Source: Chiloscyllium plagiosum (taxonomy: Eukaryota). From it: 64,000 nt of DNA. The stretch is taken from positions 79,208,866 through 79,272,865 of the forward strand of contig NC_057711.1 in NCBI RefSeq assembly GCF_004010195.1, written 5' to 3'. The notes below the pieces were generated by a model. It saw nothing but the letters and a program-made list of their open reading frames with translations. It had not been told where the DNA came from and searched no databases. The position numbers were made by a program, and so were the translations under genes. Shown piece after piece: positions 37,004 to 50,704 of this stretch (the first letter of the stretch is position 1; every line of letters starts with the position of its first letter).

Positions 37004-37696
37004 ACTTTGTAACTGAGGAGGCAGAGTTGGGATTTAATTGAGGTGTATTAAATTACAGGGGTGTAGATAGAATGGCAAGGCCAATTCGTAGGGGCATACA
37101 TTTAAAGTAACAGGAAGGAGCTTTGTAGAGGAGTTGATAAACTTGAGATGAGGGTCCAGAACTCATGGCTTGCAAAGTTGGCTGAGCTATTTATCAGTTA
37201 AAAAAATACTTTGCTTATCTATTGCAACTATTGTAACATACAGGGCTAGTTCTCAACAGCTAAAAACAACAACATCTTATATTTGCACAGCATCTTTAAT
37301 GAAATAACCCAAGGGAAAAGTTACAAAACAAACCAGCTAAAATGGAATTAGTATGGATAGCTCTTTTTTTAATCTGGCACAGACAAGGTGGCCTGAATGC
37401 TCTCTTGCTATGTCATAATGTTTCAATGTTTCTAGGTCTGCAGTAAAGGTGAGTGTTTGGGATGAAGGTGTGGAGATGATGATAGTTTTGTTTCAGTATG
37501 GGCCACTAACTCTGCTTGTCAGCTTATGTCATCTCCTAAAAATGATGAGCAACAACATAATCAGTTGGATTGGGATTAGTAGCCCATCTAACCCTTCGCT
37601 TTTTGCTTCCCTGCTTATATTCCTCCTCTTCCAAGTGCCCATTGGCATCATCAGATAAAGAGAGTTGAACAGCTTGTTCCTCCCTTACTTAACTAT

Positions 37697-39240
37697 GAAC
37701 ATAGAAACATAAAATAGAAGCACAAATAGGCCCATTGGCCGTTTGAGTCTGCTTCACCATTCAGTATGATCATCCAACTCTGTACCCTGTTCCCAGTTTC
37801 TGCCCATACCTTTGATGCCTTTAGGCCTAAGGACTATATCTAAGTGCTTCTTAAAACCATCTAATGTTTTGGCCTCAACTACAATCTGTGACAGAAAGTT
37901 CCACACACTCACCACTGCCTGGGTGAAGGAATTTCTCCTCATCTCAGTGCTATATAGTCTATCCCATATCCTTATACTGTAGCCCTTGTTTTTGGACTCA
38001 CCTGCATTTACAATGTTGCGTCCTTTTAAAATTGTATAAGTTTCTATGAGTTCCCTCCTCATTCTTTTAAACTCTAATGAATGTAGTCAGATCTGATCCA
38101 GTCTCTCTTTTGCCATCCCAAGAATCAGTCTGATAAGCATTCTTTGCACTCTATCCATAGCCAGAACATCCTTCCTCAGATAAGGAGACCAAAATTTCAC
38201 ATTACACTCCAGTTATGGTCTTCATTCAGATTATTACCATTCAGATAATAATCTGCCCTCCTATTTTCACTCCCAAAGTGTATAATTTCGCATTTATCCA
38301 CATTATACATATCTGCCACTCATTCAACTTATCCAAGTCACACTGAAACATCTCTGCATCTTCCTCACAGTTTATCCCCCCATCCAGCTTTGTACTGTGT
38401 CCCAACTTAGAGATACCATGTTTAGTTTCCTCATCCAAATCGTTACTGCATGTGGTGGATAACTGGGCTCCAACTATTGATCCCTGCAGTGCCCCATTAG
38501 TCATTGGCTACCACCAGAAAACAACCCATTTATTCCTACTCTTTGTTTCCTGAATGTCTGCTAGTTCTCTATCCATGCTTGTACACTATCTCCAGTCCCA
38601 TGTGCTTTGATTTCACATGCTAATCTCTTATGAGGAACTATTTCAAAATCTCAACTAAATGATAGCCACTAGCTTCCCATTTTCAATTCTATTAGTTACA
38701 TCTTCTCAAAATTACAGTAGATTTATCAAGCATGATTTTCTTTTTCTCAATGCATGCTGACTCTATCTGATCCTGCCATTGTTTCCAGGTACTCTGATAT
38801 TAAATTTTTTATATTGCTCTCGAGCATTTTCCCCACTACCAATGTCAGGCTAACCAGACTGTAATTTTTGGTTTTCTCTCTACCTCCTTTTTTAAATAGT
38901 GAGGTTAACTAGCCAAACTCTAAACCATAGGAACCATTCCAGACTCTGTAGAATTATGAAAGATGACCTTCAATGCATCCATTATTCCCAGGGCCTCGTT
39001 TCTTAAGTATTCTGGAATGTAGATTTTTGGGCTCTAGGAATTTATTGGCCATTACTCCCATCAACTTTCCCAAACAATTTCCCTAATGATACTGATTTCC
39101 TTTGGTTCTTCCTTCCCACTAGACCTCAAGTTCCCCGATGTTATTGAGACAGTATTTTTGCTTGCCTATGTGAAGTCAGAACCAAAATATATATTTAATT
39201 GGTCTGCCACATTTTCTGTTCCCATCATAACATCTCCTAT
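37697..39240 (-). mobile_element. Degraded CR1 LINE
   Basis: Minus ORFs 37754-38062 (LIETYTIL..RRNSFTQAVVSVWN) and 38241-38504 (TNGALQGSIVGAQL..NDLD). Confidence 0.88.
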
Positions 39241-39529
39241 TAAGATCCCCTACAATCTCCATTATAATAGCCCTTGTTATCTTGTGAGCTTTGTTAGGCA
39301 AACTACAGCAGATCACAGTTAATCTGGATATTTACATTGGTGAGCACTAAAGTACAACTCCAGACCTGTCCAGTTTCCTAAGTGTTTTTGAGCATGCCAA
39401 CAATGGCTTAGTCAATGACACATTTAGTTGTCATTGTGTAGTATTGTATTAGTCTTGGCGTTATTGGTGGGATTTCTCAGAGGTCTCATCAGCCAAATAT
39501 GAAAAGAGTAATTAAAAAATAAAAATAAA

Positions 39530-39735
39530 AATAACTGCTGTAAATCAGAAACAAAAACAGAAGTTCTGGAGAAGCTCAGCAGGTCAGGTAACATCTGTAG
39601 AGAAATCAGACTTAACGTTTCAGAGTTAACCCTCTGAAGAAGGGTCAGAGGACCTGAAACATTAACTCTGATTTCTCTTCACAAATGCTACCAGACATGC
39701 TGAGCTTTTCCATGAAAACAGTAATGTTTTTCAGC
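39530..39735. mobile_element. Fold-back Penelope-like element with degenerate hammerhead (39631-39666)
   Basis: Inverted arms GAAGCTCAGCAGGTCAGGTAACATCTGT..GAGAAATCAGA / TCTGATTTCTC..ACAAATGCTACCAGACATGCTGAGCTT; core CTGAAGA-A-GGGTC-AGAG-GACCT-GAA-ACAT. Confidence 0.75.
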
Positions 39736-42700
39736 AAATAATCACCCGTAACAGTGGTTTCCAGTATGAATAGGTCTGGTATGTAAGTATCATGACAGTT
39801 CCCAGGGAACCTTGTGTTATGCGACATGAACGCTTTCTTGGAGTTGCAAAACAGCTGAAAATTAATAGGATATATTCCCTTGCAGTTGACAAATGCTTCT
39901 GTTTCATCCAGGGTGAAAACATTGCCACTTGTCAGAAGCCTTTACGAAGCCAGACAGAGACATTAATCTGCATATTAATTCATTCCATCTATTGCCACCT
40001 CACATCCAGATTACAAACCTCCTAGACTTGGTGAACATCCCATCCATCATCTTCCTTATGTATTTGTGCAATGGACTATGCCTCAGTACACCTGGATATT
40101 GGAAGGTCTACAAATAATAATGAAATCTTTCTTCCAGGCTGAATGGTGAATTTTCATCCATTTTTCTAAATCTTGTTTTCAACTGAGATGATCATCTTTC
40201 TCTTCTACCTGTTTTAATGAATTATAAATTGGATGATACGTACCAAGGTCAAAATGTCTCTCTTCATTTCCTGAGACAGATTCCTCCCGTTTACTTATTT
40301 CACAAGCAAATTATATAATCTTTAAGTATTAGAATAAAAACAAAAAAATGCTTAAAGATTCTCCCATAGTCTATGTCAGCATTGTTGGTATTTTTATCAT
40401 CTAATAAACAAAAAATCTGTTTTGTTCTCCAAATGTTTGTTTTGGTTCTATTATCTCACGTACTTTGCAGCCCCTCTGCTGGTAGCAATAGATTTCTATT
40501 CAAAGAGACTATACATTTCAAAGACATGATTTGATGAATTATTAACATCGCATCTACTCCTCTACTTAAGGAACTCACAATTGGCCAAACTCATTCCAAC
40601 TACTCCCAATGCTATTCTATAATTATTTTATGAAATGGCAGTGCAGATAAATCCCTCAATATTTCATATATGCCACTTCAGTTTAATAAGCATCTCACTT
40701 GGGATGAGTATTATCTATTGAGATGCATGGATTCAAAATCTTTCAATGGAGTGAATTTTGTGCTGGGCCATGGTTTCCAGCCCTTGGCTGAAACATCGAA
40801 CATGTGACAAGGCTGTCCAAGATCCCAAAGGCTGCACTGTAGCAACTTAATGCTGAGAGCAATATTCTGTGGCTCCCTCTGGAGAAAGTCCTACCTTAGG
40901 GAGCTGTCATCCAGTTGAAAGGTCAACTGTTCTGTAGTCCCAGAAATGCAGGGCAGGGGCAGTGGTCATTGTTGAGAGTATAGGCTGTCTGACCATACTG
41001 AGGAACCCAGTTAAATTTGAGGTCAAAGGTTCTCAGTGGACCTACAAAGGAGATGACCAATCTTGCCCAACACTAACCCCATGCAACTAAAGCTTGCCAC
41101 ATGGTGTGGACCTACTCCTGAGGTGGGTAAAATACAAGAGTTCATGATGTAGCCCTTGGTTGTTCACTTATGAATGTTCAAAGGCCGAAGAGTAGACCAC
41201 ACATCTCCCTTTCCTACTTTAAAATTTCAGACAGGTCAGGGTGGAGGGCAGGAAGGGCTTAACAATGAATCATAGGGGCCAGCAACGTTTGATCCAATGA
41301 GTGAATCAGCCTGGATATTCTGAGGGAAGAATATTTTTCAATTCTCAATTTGTAGTATCACAATTTTATTTTCCTTGCAGACATTAATTCTTTGTCTCTT
41401 CCCTCCGCTTTGATTTTTCTTTTGCTATGTATTGATTCCAAGGACATTGGTCAGCCTCTGACACCTTGTCCTTTCTTCATGATAGTCAGCAGACTATCTT
41501 ACCATGAAGGGCATTGTAGCTGGGCCTGAAGGAAGTCTTCAAAAATCAGCTAGAATGATTGTTCTTGATCTTTATCCAGCGATCTCAGCCGGAATGTCTT
41601 TATGTGGAAACACCAACTGAAGTGGTGTCTGTTGTGATACCCCATAGTGAAAGAGCATTGCACAGTTTGTCATGCAATCATCATACATGAAGAATGATGT
41701 GAAAACAGAATGCATTTGCAGTCATTAGAAAAAGAGAAATTGGACAAAAATCTAGGGTGAAGGACTTAGGTTAACTTTTATTATATCTTCATTTACTTGA
41801 AATTTCCTGAATTCTCTCAAAAGTTGGCATGCAAAATATTTAATACTTCCTTTAATCCTTTCTTAAATCTCTGAAGTTTAGGAGATGGGATCGTTTGGGT
41901 GCTTTAAAAAATGATTGGTTTTTTTGACAGTTTTAAAACACAGATTCTGAAGGTGAACAAAAGGAATGCTTTTTCCCATAAGAATCAATTTATAAATGTG
42001 TCTTGCAGAAGGCTAAAGTACTATAGGGATACAGTTCACATTTCTCTCTTGATGGCACTGTCAGCAACATCATATTGACCTATAGTATATGACAATTTAT
42101 AGTGTCTGTAACAGAGCATTTCTTTTGCATCTCCATTTTTTTATAGGTATATAATTTCAAAAAAAGCAATTTCTCAGGTAAAATGTCACATGTTAGATGT
42201 ACATTGTCCCCTATATTTTGTTTCCATGGTGATAGACTCTGTTAGATGACTGCTTTCTTCAGCTCCTTCAAAATGATTGCATCCTATTTTTCCATCACAT
42301 TACAAGAGGCTGTTTTCATTCTCACTTCCTGACCGTATTAAACGTAAAAAAAGATTGAATTACTCTACTGTACAGTCCAGATCTGATAAGGATTTAAAAG
42401 GTGATATTGATGTACTGGAGACAGTTTTTTTTTTTCTTTCTTCTTTCTCTGAAGAAAGCCTTCGAATTTATAATGAATTTGACTTTTATATTGACTGTTC
42501 AAGTAGTCAAGTAGTATTTCTACACCCCAGGGTAAAAATGGCATTTCTCCCACTCCATTGATAAAGTAATATTCAAAACATTGCTTTGTTTGGTCTCTGC
42601 AATTTAATAATGGAAATATTCCTCTCGTGATGTGTTACACCAGATAGTTCAGTTATGAAATCATTGTTTTTTTTGTCTGCAGACACTCAGAATAAGGAGT

Positions 42701-45464
42701 TCATGTTTAGTGACTGACTTTGTAAATTAATAAAACTTTAGTTAGTGTGATGTTTCATTTCTGCATTTAACAATGGACAAGAAATCTATGCTGTCCACAG
42801 AAACTGAAAGAAAATAAAATTGAATTTTTGTCATGACATAACACTGTGGTTTGAGGACTGAAGAAGCACTTATGGTTGAATGTTCTATTAAAATTAATGC
42901 AGTGCAATTTTTATAGTTCTTTTCTTCAAACAATTTTATGATTTGCAGTTGTTCTGTATATGGATCCAAAATTATTCTTTTATGATCTTACATCTTTCTC
43001 TGGTTACATGTGTATGTGATAATTTAGGCAATTTGAACAAGATGTAAGAAAACTATAGAGGAAATATACACTGTAATCAAAAGGTTAATTCTTAAAGGGT
43101 CATATTTGTTCTCAATAACTTTTATTTTGAGGTGTTATGTTTTATGTTTTTTTGTGTCATGAGCAATCAATGTTGGCCCTTCAATAAATCCCTTTAATCT
43201 GAACCTATTCCAATCTCTGAATTTTCACACAAATTGCGCCACAACCACTGGCACTCCTATTACCAGTTAAGAGATTTCTATAGCTTTCAACTAAGAGTGG
43301 GGAACTGCAATATTAGTCGCAAGCTGCAAAAGTACAACAGATAAGGATATGATCTCGGAGAAAAACAAAGATTATGGAAATTAAAAAGTCAACACAAAGC
43401 TTTAAAGCGTGTTTTCCAGGAGAATCCTGTATACATACAAGATAAATGTCTCTGCCACTCCACAATCACCTTTCTCGCAGAAATGTTAGCACTTCCAGAA
43501 TATGTGTGACTTCTGAATTACAAGTGTCAAAATGGAATTCAGCAAGATAATAATAATCAGACATTATATGAAAATAATGGCATCCATTGAGTATAACTCA
43601 ATTCACTAATTTTAGCAACAAAAATAATGTAACAGTAAAGTGGGGAACACCAAAGTAACATTTCTAATATTAAGGCTCAAAATCCCTTTATCAAGTATAA
43701 ACTATTTGGTGAAGTATAAAATTAAGAATGAGATTCCAGTTTTTCATTGTCGGTCACATAATGGCAATTACTATTTCAATCAATCTATATGTAAATCAGA
43801 ATATTTTGTTGCCTAAACCCACCCAAAATTAAAATAGATAATTGATTACACAGATAATCTATCATCCTATTCAATATACAGGACATGAGGGCTGCAATGA
43901 AAAGTAATATCTTTAAGAAATGAACCTAATGATAGTGAGGCACTGAGGCACTCGTGAGTTATGTTGCTTGATGTCACAAGTGGTTTATTTTTCATTACCA
44001 ATGATTCTGTGTCATGCATTCTATTTATACAGTGGCCCATGTTTAATATTGTCTTGCAGCTAGTGTTATTCTGCTCGTTGCATCTGCCGAATGTTCATTG
44101 GTGCATAAGGATGTAATTTAATATTCATTTGTGCAGTGGCATGGAGTAGTGCCTGCGGGGTATACAAATTATATTATAATGTGGATTCTGGGTGTAAACA
44201 GATGCCTGAGCTATCATCTTTTATTCTGTGCTGGGAAGAAGTGCCCAGCAATGCCACTAGAAAGTTAAAGGGCCATTCCCCTCTTTTCACATCACTGTTT
44301 TGCAGTATAAATATTTATAGGGAGGAATGTAGCTTTATCAACTTACTTATGTTTAATTCATGATATGCATCGACTTTAGAAAGGGTTTTTTTGGTAGAAA
44401 AAACACAGATTTGGAACCATGGTAATGGCATTATAGTTTTTACTTCTCAGCAGTTATGGTGGGTAAATAAATTCTCATTTATGCCAAGCTAATTTTTGAT
44501 AAAGGCATAACTGTTTTGCCAAGTAATGTTATGCTTGGATGAATATTGCATTTGGATCAACATTTCTGTAAAATCTAGCTAAAAGGTATTCAGTTAGAAA
44601 ATTTTTGTATCATGCTTCATTTAATCACTCATTCAGTCCAAATTTAACAGAAATAAACAAAGAAAAATGTCAAATATAAACCATAAATTCTACCCAAAAA
44701 GTTATTAGTTTTGTAGGCTATAACAATGCCTTCGAGTGCCGGTACATGTACAAAATCTAAATAAGCTACTTTCAATATTGCACCAAAGAGATATTGTTTA
44801 ATCCCCTATAAAGTATAAAGGTTATACTGGATTCAGCAATTAATGATAACCTGGAATTTATCAGCCTATTTGTCTTAAATGGATCAGCTTTCCATTAAAT
44901 GACAACCTATTTCCACTTTAAAAAAGTCATTGAATGTCCTTTGGAGGAAAGGGAGAGACAGGAGGAGTGGGGCGAGGCTTTAATATGAGAAATCTCAGTG
45001 AATGGGAAAAATTGTCAGTGGGAAAGTATTAACTAATGTCTTACATACCTTTACCAGATGTAACCACTGTGAGAAGATACTGCAGAAGGTTTGATTGTGT
45101 TGAACGTGGAGAGACATCATCATGACTATAACCATTCCCTGTGCCAGTTACTTTTTCCCCATAATCACCTAGAAAGAACAACAGAATTGATTGGATTATT
45201 GTTGTGCTTCTTCATGTTACTCTCTAACCCAACCTCAAGACTGAAGAAAGCGGAAGAGTTATATTTCACTGAGGAAGCACTAGTGTCAACAGGATGCCAA
45301 AATAATCTTGTAAAAAAGCTGACACCAAAAGAAGTGATCTTGTAGCAGTCAGCTTGTCATAAAATTCCAACTGGTTCCCTAATGTCCTTTAGGAAAAGAA
45401 GGTATGAATTAAGAAGTGCGGGTCTTACCTCACACCTATAATGCATTGTCTAAACTGACATGTC

Positions 45465-45760
45465 ATCTTTTTTTCATAAAACCTTGAGTTATCTCAAGAA
45501 TGTGACTTGAAAGAAGTTCTGGGATTTACATACTAATGAACTAAAACCTGCAATCCATTCTAAAAGATGAAAGACTTAACAGCAGTCAAGGTTTGTTCAA
45601 TATATTGTTTCAATTGCTCGACACTGTGATATTTTGCTATTAATTCTATGTCTTATGATCCTGCACCACAGCTACCTGATGAAGGAGCAGTGTTCCAAAA
45701 GCTAGTGCTTCCAAATAAACTTGTTGGACTAAACCTGGTGGTGTGTGATTTTTCACTTTG
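45465..45760 (+). mobile_element. Penelope-like element family A 3' region; hammerhead at 45673-45707 mutated
   Basis: ACCTGATGAAGGAGCAGTGTTCCAAAAGCTAGTGCTTCCAAATAAAC homologous to 30103-30310; GAAA core reads AAAA. Confidence 0.8.
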
Positions 45761-46434
45761 CTATATTAAAGATTACAGTGGTCCACCTAGTTTATCATTT
45801 ACCATTCTCATTGTTGCATGATACAATGATAATGAATTTATTGAGAAATCATAGCTGTTAATCTCCATCAATTAGTCTACAACTTACCCTGGTATGAGAA
45901 AAATCACAGTGTTATAGAACCTTGAGAACCATTGGTGTAAAACAATCACTTTTTTTGTCTAATATATTTTGGTTATATCATATCTCAAACGTGTCATGAA
46001 CTGTATCCTAAAATATTACTTTCTGAAAAAAAACAAACTCATTTGCATTTGATTGAGAGACTGCATTCTTCTGAGTGTCAAAATAACTTCTTATCCTGAA
46101 AAAAATGCCTTCTATTACATCTGAATCTCACAGTCTGATTTCAAGCAGGTAATTTTGACGAAGTTTGTTGGTTATCATAACGTTAGCCCACCTAGAGGTG
46201 TTGAATGAAGAACCTGGCGACTTAGCTTTTGAATACGAATTACAGTAGATACAATTTCATGGAGCAGTACATGTTGGCTCTTTCTATTCACAACCATTTA
46301 TATGCAGTGCTCAGTCTGGAACATGGTTCACACTTTCAGGATGGCTCAGTCAGAGTGAGAAAGACACAGAGTCTTGTATGTAGCCAGAATAAGAGGAAGG
46401 CCCTTGACTTTCAAAAGGCAAGAAGATCATTTCA

Positions 46435-46590
46435 GGATTAGTGGTGCTGGAAGAGCACAGCATTCCTGATGAAGGGCTTTTGCCCGAAACGTCGATTTCG
46501 CTGCTCCTCGGATGCTGCCTGAACTGCTGTGCTCTTCCAGCACCACTAATCCAGAATCTGGTTTCCAGCATCTGCAGTCATTGTTTTTAC
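46435..46590 (+). mobile_element. 156-bp fold-back Penelope-like insertion with perfect 16-bp TSD
   Basis: TSD CAAGAAGATCATTTCA at 46419-46434 and 46591-46606; perfect 28-bp inverted repeat 46435-46462 / 46525-46552. Confidence 0.9.
46462..46497 (+). ncRNA. Minimal hammerhead ribozyme motif, intact core
   Basis: ATTC-CTGATGA-A-GGGC-TTTT-GCCC-GAA-ACGT-C-GATT. Confidence 0.78.
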
Positions 46591-47514
46591 CAAGAAGATC
46601 ATTTCACCCTATACTCTCTCACCGACTCTCTTTCCTGAAGCCTTTAGTGTTGCTCGGTCTGGATTTCTGTCTTCCTCCCATTCTTCATCCAGATAAAGGA
46701 GGGGGAGCATCTGGCAGGGTGACGCAACCAATCGTTCCTTTTCTCCTGATTTATGTAATGGCCGCATCTATTCTTTTTAAGTAATCAGAGAATTTCCAGA
46801 ATAAGTATTGCTGAAATGTTTGGTCAGATCTGGACAAAGTGTTCTAGAAAATCTCCAACTGGTTCCAGAGATCTTCATCACTACTTCCTGAAATGATAAG
46901 CATCCCATTAGGTGGCTCTTGAAATCAACACCAACACTGTGTTTACTCCCAATCAACTGATCAGTATTAGGAAAGTGTGTTAATTGTGATATTAGTCACT
47001 TAAGCCATGCAGCCTCTGTAATGAGTCCTAATAGGCTTTTTATGTAGCAATCAGCTGCTTAATGAGCCTCCGAGTGACAGCTTATAGAGCTGAATTCAAC
47101 TCCTTTACCAAGGTGGTATATAACGTTAAACACAAAGTGGAGTTATTTTTTCAGCTCAAGACCCAGTCTGGCCAACCTAGAGGATGTTTAATACTTAGAA
47201 ATACTGTGAAAGATTGGTCCCTTTCTCTGCTGAACTTTCTACCTAATCTATTCCTGTTACTCTCTCCTTCCTCCTTTCTTAGTTACTCACTTCCATATGC
47301 ATGTTTGCTATAAACGGTGTCATATTGTACCAGAGCAAATAAACAAATGAGAAGTTCAATACATATGTTATATTTGTTCTTAGAGAGACACATAAAAATA
47401 AGAATACGTTTATCTTTGGGTAGAAATTTAAAGCAAAACTCCATCTACATTCTTGGAAAAGATCCAATGATAAAAGGTAAAAAGATATTTTTCCGCTTGC
47501 CCTGGCCAATTTTG

Positions 47515-47614
47515 TTTTTTTTATACATCAACTTGTTCAGACATGTTACGTGACACTTCTGGAAAAGGAAGGACTTGAAGCCAGGCCTCCTGACTCAGAG
47601 GCAGGGACACTATC
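47515..47614 (-). mobile_element. Short tRNA-derived SINE fragment
   Basis: GGACTTGAAGCCAGGCCTCCTGACTCAGAGGCAGGGACACTA is an antisense tRNA-like head. Confidence 0.55.
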
Positions 47615-47684
47615 TAGGGACAAGTACCCTCCTGGCAAATCGTGACCCTGCATTCGCTGATTAACTGATATTACTAAAATAATA

Positions 47685-47820
47685 GTTTATCTAGTCATTA
47701 TCACATTGCTGTCTTTGGGATCTCATTGTGCCTAAACTGACTGCAGTCTTATGAAAGTATGATATTGGTTGTAAAATGCTGAGGTCACAGAGGGTGCTAT
47801 ATAAATGCAAGTCTTTTTTA
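47685..47820 (+). mobile_element. DeuSINE-type (SacSINE1/AmnSINE-like) 3' tail
   Basis: CATTATCACATTGCTGTCTTTGGGA...GTGCTATATAAATGCAAG resembles the recalled DeuSINE 3' region. Confidence 0.6.
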
Positions 47821-47831
47821 GAAGAATTAGG

Positions 47832-48223
47832 GGAGGTCAAATTAAGGTATTCAAGATGATAAGACGTGTGGACAAAATAAACATGGAGCAGATGCTTCTT
47901 CCTGTGGACATTCTAGGACGAGAGGTCCTCGTCTTCAGATAAATGGTAGCAAATTTGAAACAGAGTTGAGGAGAACCTACTTCTCCCAAAGGGTTGTGAA
48001 TCTGTAGAATTTGCTTCCCCAAAGTATGATGGATGCTGGGACAGTGAGTAAGTTTAAGGAGGTGTTTGACAGATTTTTAATTGGTAATGGGTTGAAGGGT
48101 TATGGGGAGAAGGCAGGAAAATGGGGGTGAGAAGCATATCAGCCATGACCGAATGTCAGAGCAGACTCGATGGGCTGAATGGCCTAATTCTGCTCCTATA
48201 TCTTATGAACTTATGAACTCTAT
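47832..48223 (+). mobile_element. CR1 3' end
   Basis: TTCTCCCAAAGGGTTGTGAATCTG...GGGCTGAATGGCCTAATTCTGCTCCT; (TATGAAC)n tail. Confidence 0.85.
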
Positions 48224-48994
48224 GAGAATGTGAAGATGAATTTGCAAAAGGAAATAATCAGAACAGTTAATTAGACTGAAGTAGAAAGAGCAGCTTGATA
48301 ATATATATTCCAGACCTCGAAGGAAATTTAAGGAGGAGGTAATGGAGGCAATGATCATAACTTTCCAAAATAATTTGTTACTAAGAATTATTCTAAAGAA
48401 ATGAAGTATGGCAAAAACTGTTTCATTGTTAAGAAAACGATAAGTCAGCAAATTCAAGGGCAATCAATTTTACCCCAATTGTGAGTTAACAATTTATAAC
48501 GTAAAGTGAAAATAGTGAACCCATGGAAAGAAAAGGATAGCATAAATTGGCAAAGAATACATTTTGCTTGACTAGTCTAATTTACTTTACCTGTGTGGTA
48601 TATAAGGATAACACAGTGTATAAAGAAAACACAGTGGATGTTGGATATATGGATTCTTAGAGCCTGTTTGATAATTTGCAACATGTCGAGACTGTTGTGG
48701 AAATTGATGCAGCTAGTATCAAAAGGAAGGATAATAAACAAAGGGACTACATTAAACAGGTGCTTTGGCTTGTTACAAGGTAGATATTGCTGTGTCTCTG
48801 AGATTATCTTACCTCAATAGTTTCCTGCTATTAAAATTAATTGAACCTACAGAAGAAGGAGTAGAATGTAAGAAAGTTCAGTTCTTCAGGTCGGATCAGG
48901 GTTACCGTAGTAAAAGGTGTTGATTAATTGAAAAATGTATATTTCTCCAGCAGCATACTGGGTAATGTGTACTGTTTGAGCATCTTCTCAAGAC

Positions 48995-50134
48995 AGAAGT
49001 TGATGGACAATCGAGTCAGCCTCCTACTTATTGACTTTAGCTCTGCCTTCAACACCATAATTCCAAATAAACTCATCTCTAAATTCCGGGACCTAAGTCT
49101 CTGCTCCCCATTCTGCACCTGGATCCTTGACATTCTGACCAACAGACTGCAGTCAGAAAGGATGGGTGATGATACCCTCTCCATGATAATCCTTAACACC
49201 GGTGTCCCATAAGGCTACGTAATCAGCCCCCTACAATACTCCTTATATACACACAACTGTATGGGCACATTTTGCACCAGGTTCATTTATAAGTTTGCTG
49301 ACAATGCCATTGTTCAGGTTGGATCTCAAAGAATGACAAGATGGAGTACAGGAACGAGATAGAGTGCTCAATGCCACTGTGTAAAGACAACAATCTCTCC
49401 ATCAACCTTGAAGCTGGTCATTGACTTCAGCAAGCGGAGTGGATGGTACGCCCTTGTCTGCATCAGTGGTGCTGAGGTGGAGATGGTTGAGAGCGTTAAT
49501 TTCCTGGGAGTGATTATCACCAACAATCTGTCCTGGTCCACACAAGTTGACACTCCAGTCAAGAAAGCGCAGCCATGCCTCTACTTCCTCTGGAGGATAA
49601 GAAAATTTGGCATACTCATAAAATCGGTTACAATTTTTTAATAGATATATCATAGAAAGCAATCTATCTGGATGCATCACAGTGTGGTATGGCAACTGCT
49701 CTTCCCAAAACTGAAAGAAAGCACAGAGAGTCATGAACAGAGCCCAGTTCATCACAGGAACCAGCTTCCCATCCACTGACTTCATCTATACTTCCCACTG
49801 CATTATGAAAGCAACCGACATAATCAAAGACTCCTCCCACCCCAGTTACACTCTCTTCCACCCTTTTCCATCGGGCAGAAGATATAAAAGTTTGTATAGA
49901 TGTATAAACAGATTTAAGAAAAGCTTCTTTCCTGCTGTTATCAGACTTTCGAATGGACCTCTTCAATGTTAATTCTGATCTCTCTCTCGACCGTCATGAT
50001 AACTGTAACATTGAATCCTGCACTCCATTCTGTGACCCTGATGTACTTGTACGGTATGATCTGCCTGTAAAGTATGTAAGACAACACTTCTCACTCTATG
50101 TTAATACATGTGACAGTAATAAATCAAATCAAAT
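48995..50134 (+). mobile_element. Rex1/Babar-clade LINE, 5'-truncated, nested in an old CR1 (about 48230-50250)
   Basis: LLLIDFSSAFNTIIP..WILDILTNR..LNTGVP; LVIDFSK..FLGVIITNNLSW..KKAQPCLYFL; HPSYTLFHPFPSGRRY..RFKKSFFPAVIR; AATAAATCAAATCAAATC tail. Confidence 0.9.
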
Positions 50135-50704
50135 CGGGGATATGAAGGTAGTGTGGGAAGGTGGCATTAAGGTAGTTGATCAGTCACAACCTAATTGAAT
50201 GGCAAGACAGGCTCAAAGGGCTGAATGGCCTTCTCCTGTTCCTATGCTTTGAATAAAACAGATTTTAAAGGATCCAGCATTTAAGAATCTCTCTTTCCAA
50301 CAACAATACTCTTACCATTGCTGCTGAGTGTTGACTACCTTCTCCATACCCCCTTTCAAGTGACACTTAACTGTGTGAGAGAATGCAGTTAGCAAACCAG
50401 TCACATTAAATTCTGCCAAAATATCAACTTGCCTGCTACAGTGGTATCCGATGAACCCTATGTCACCTGATCTGTAGCCAAATCTTGAGAGTCAAAGACC
50501 TCTACTCTCAGCTTTCCCCTAAACCCTGGCTTGCAGTCAAAAGCTACATGTCTGGTCATTGTCAGGGAATAGCTTAACAGGCCAACAGGCAGGGGTATAG
50601 AGAGTTAGAAAAATGACAACAGCCCCCTGGATTGGACAAAACATAATTACAAGAAAACTTGGTATACTATTTTGGAGGTCAAACTTTGAGGAATCAGTCA
50701 TCAA

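Noticed and set aside
42277..42561. 94-aa ORF as a host exon
   Set aside because: Runs through a poly-T tract, no recognisable domain, no convincing splice-site pair
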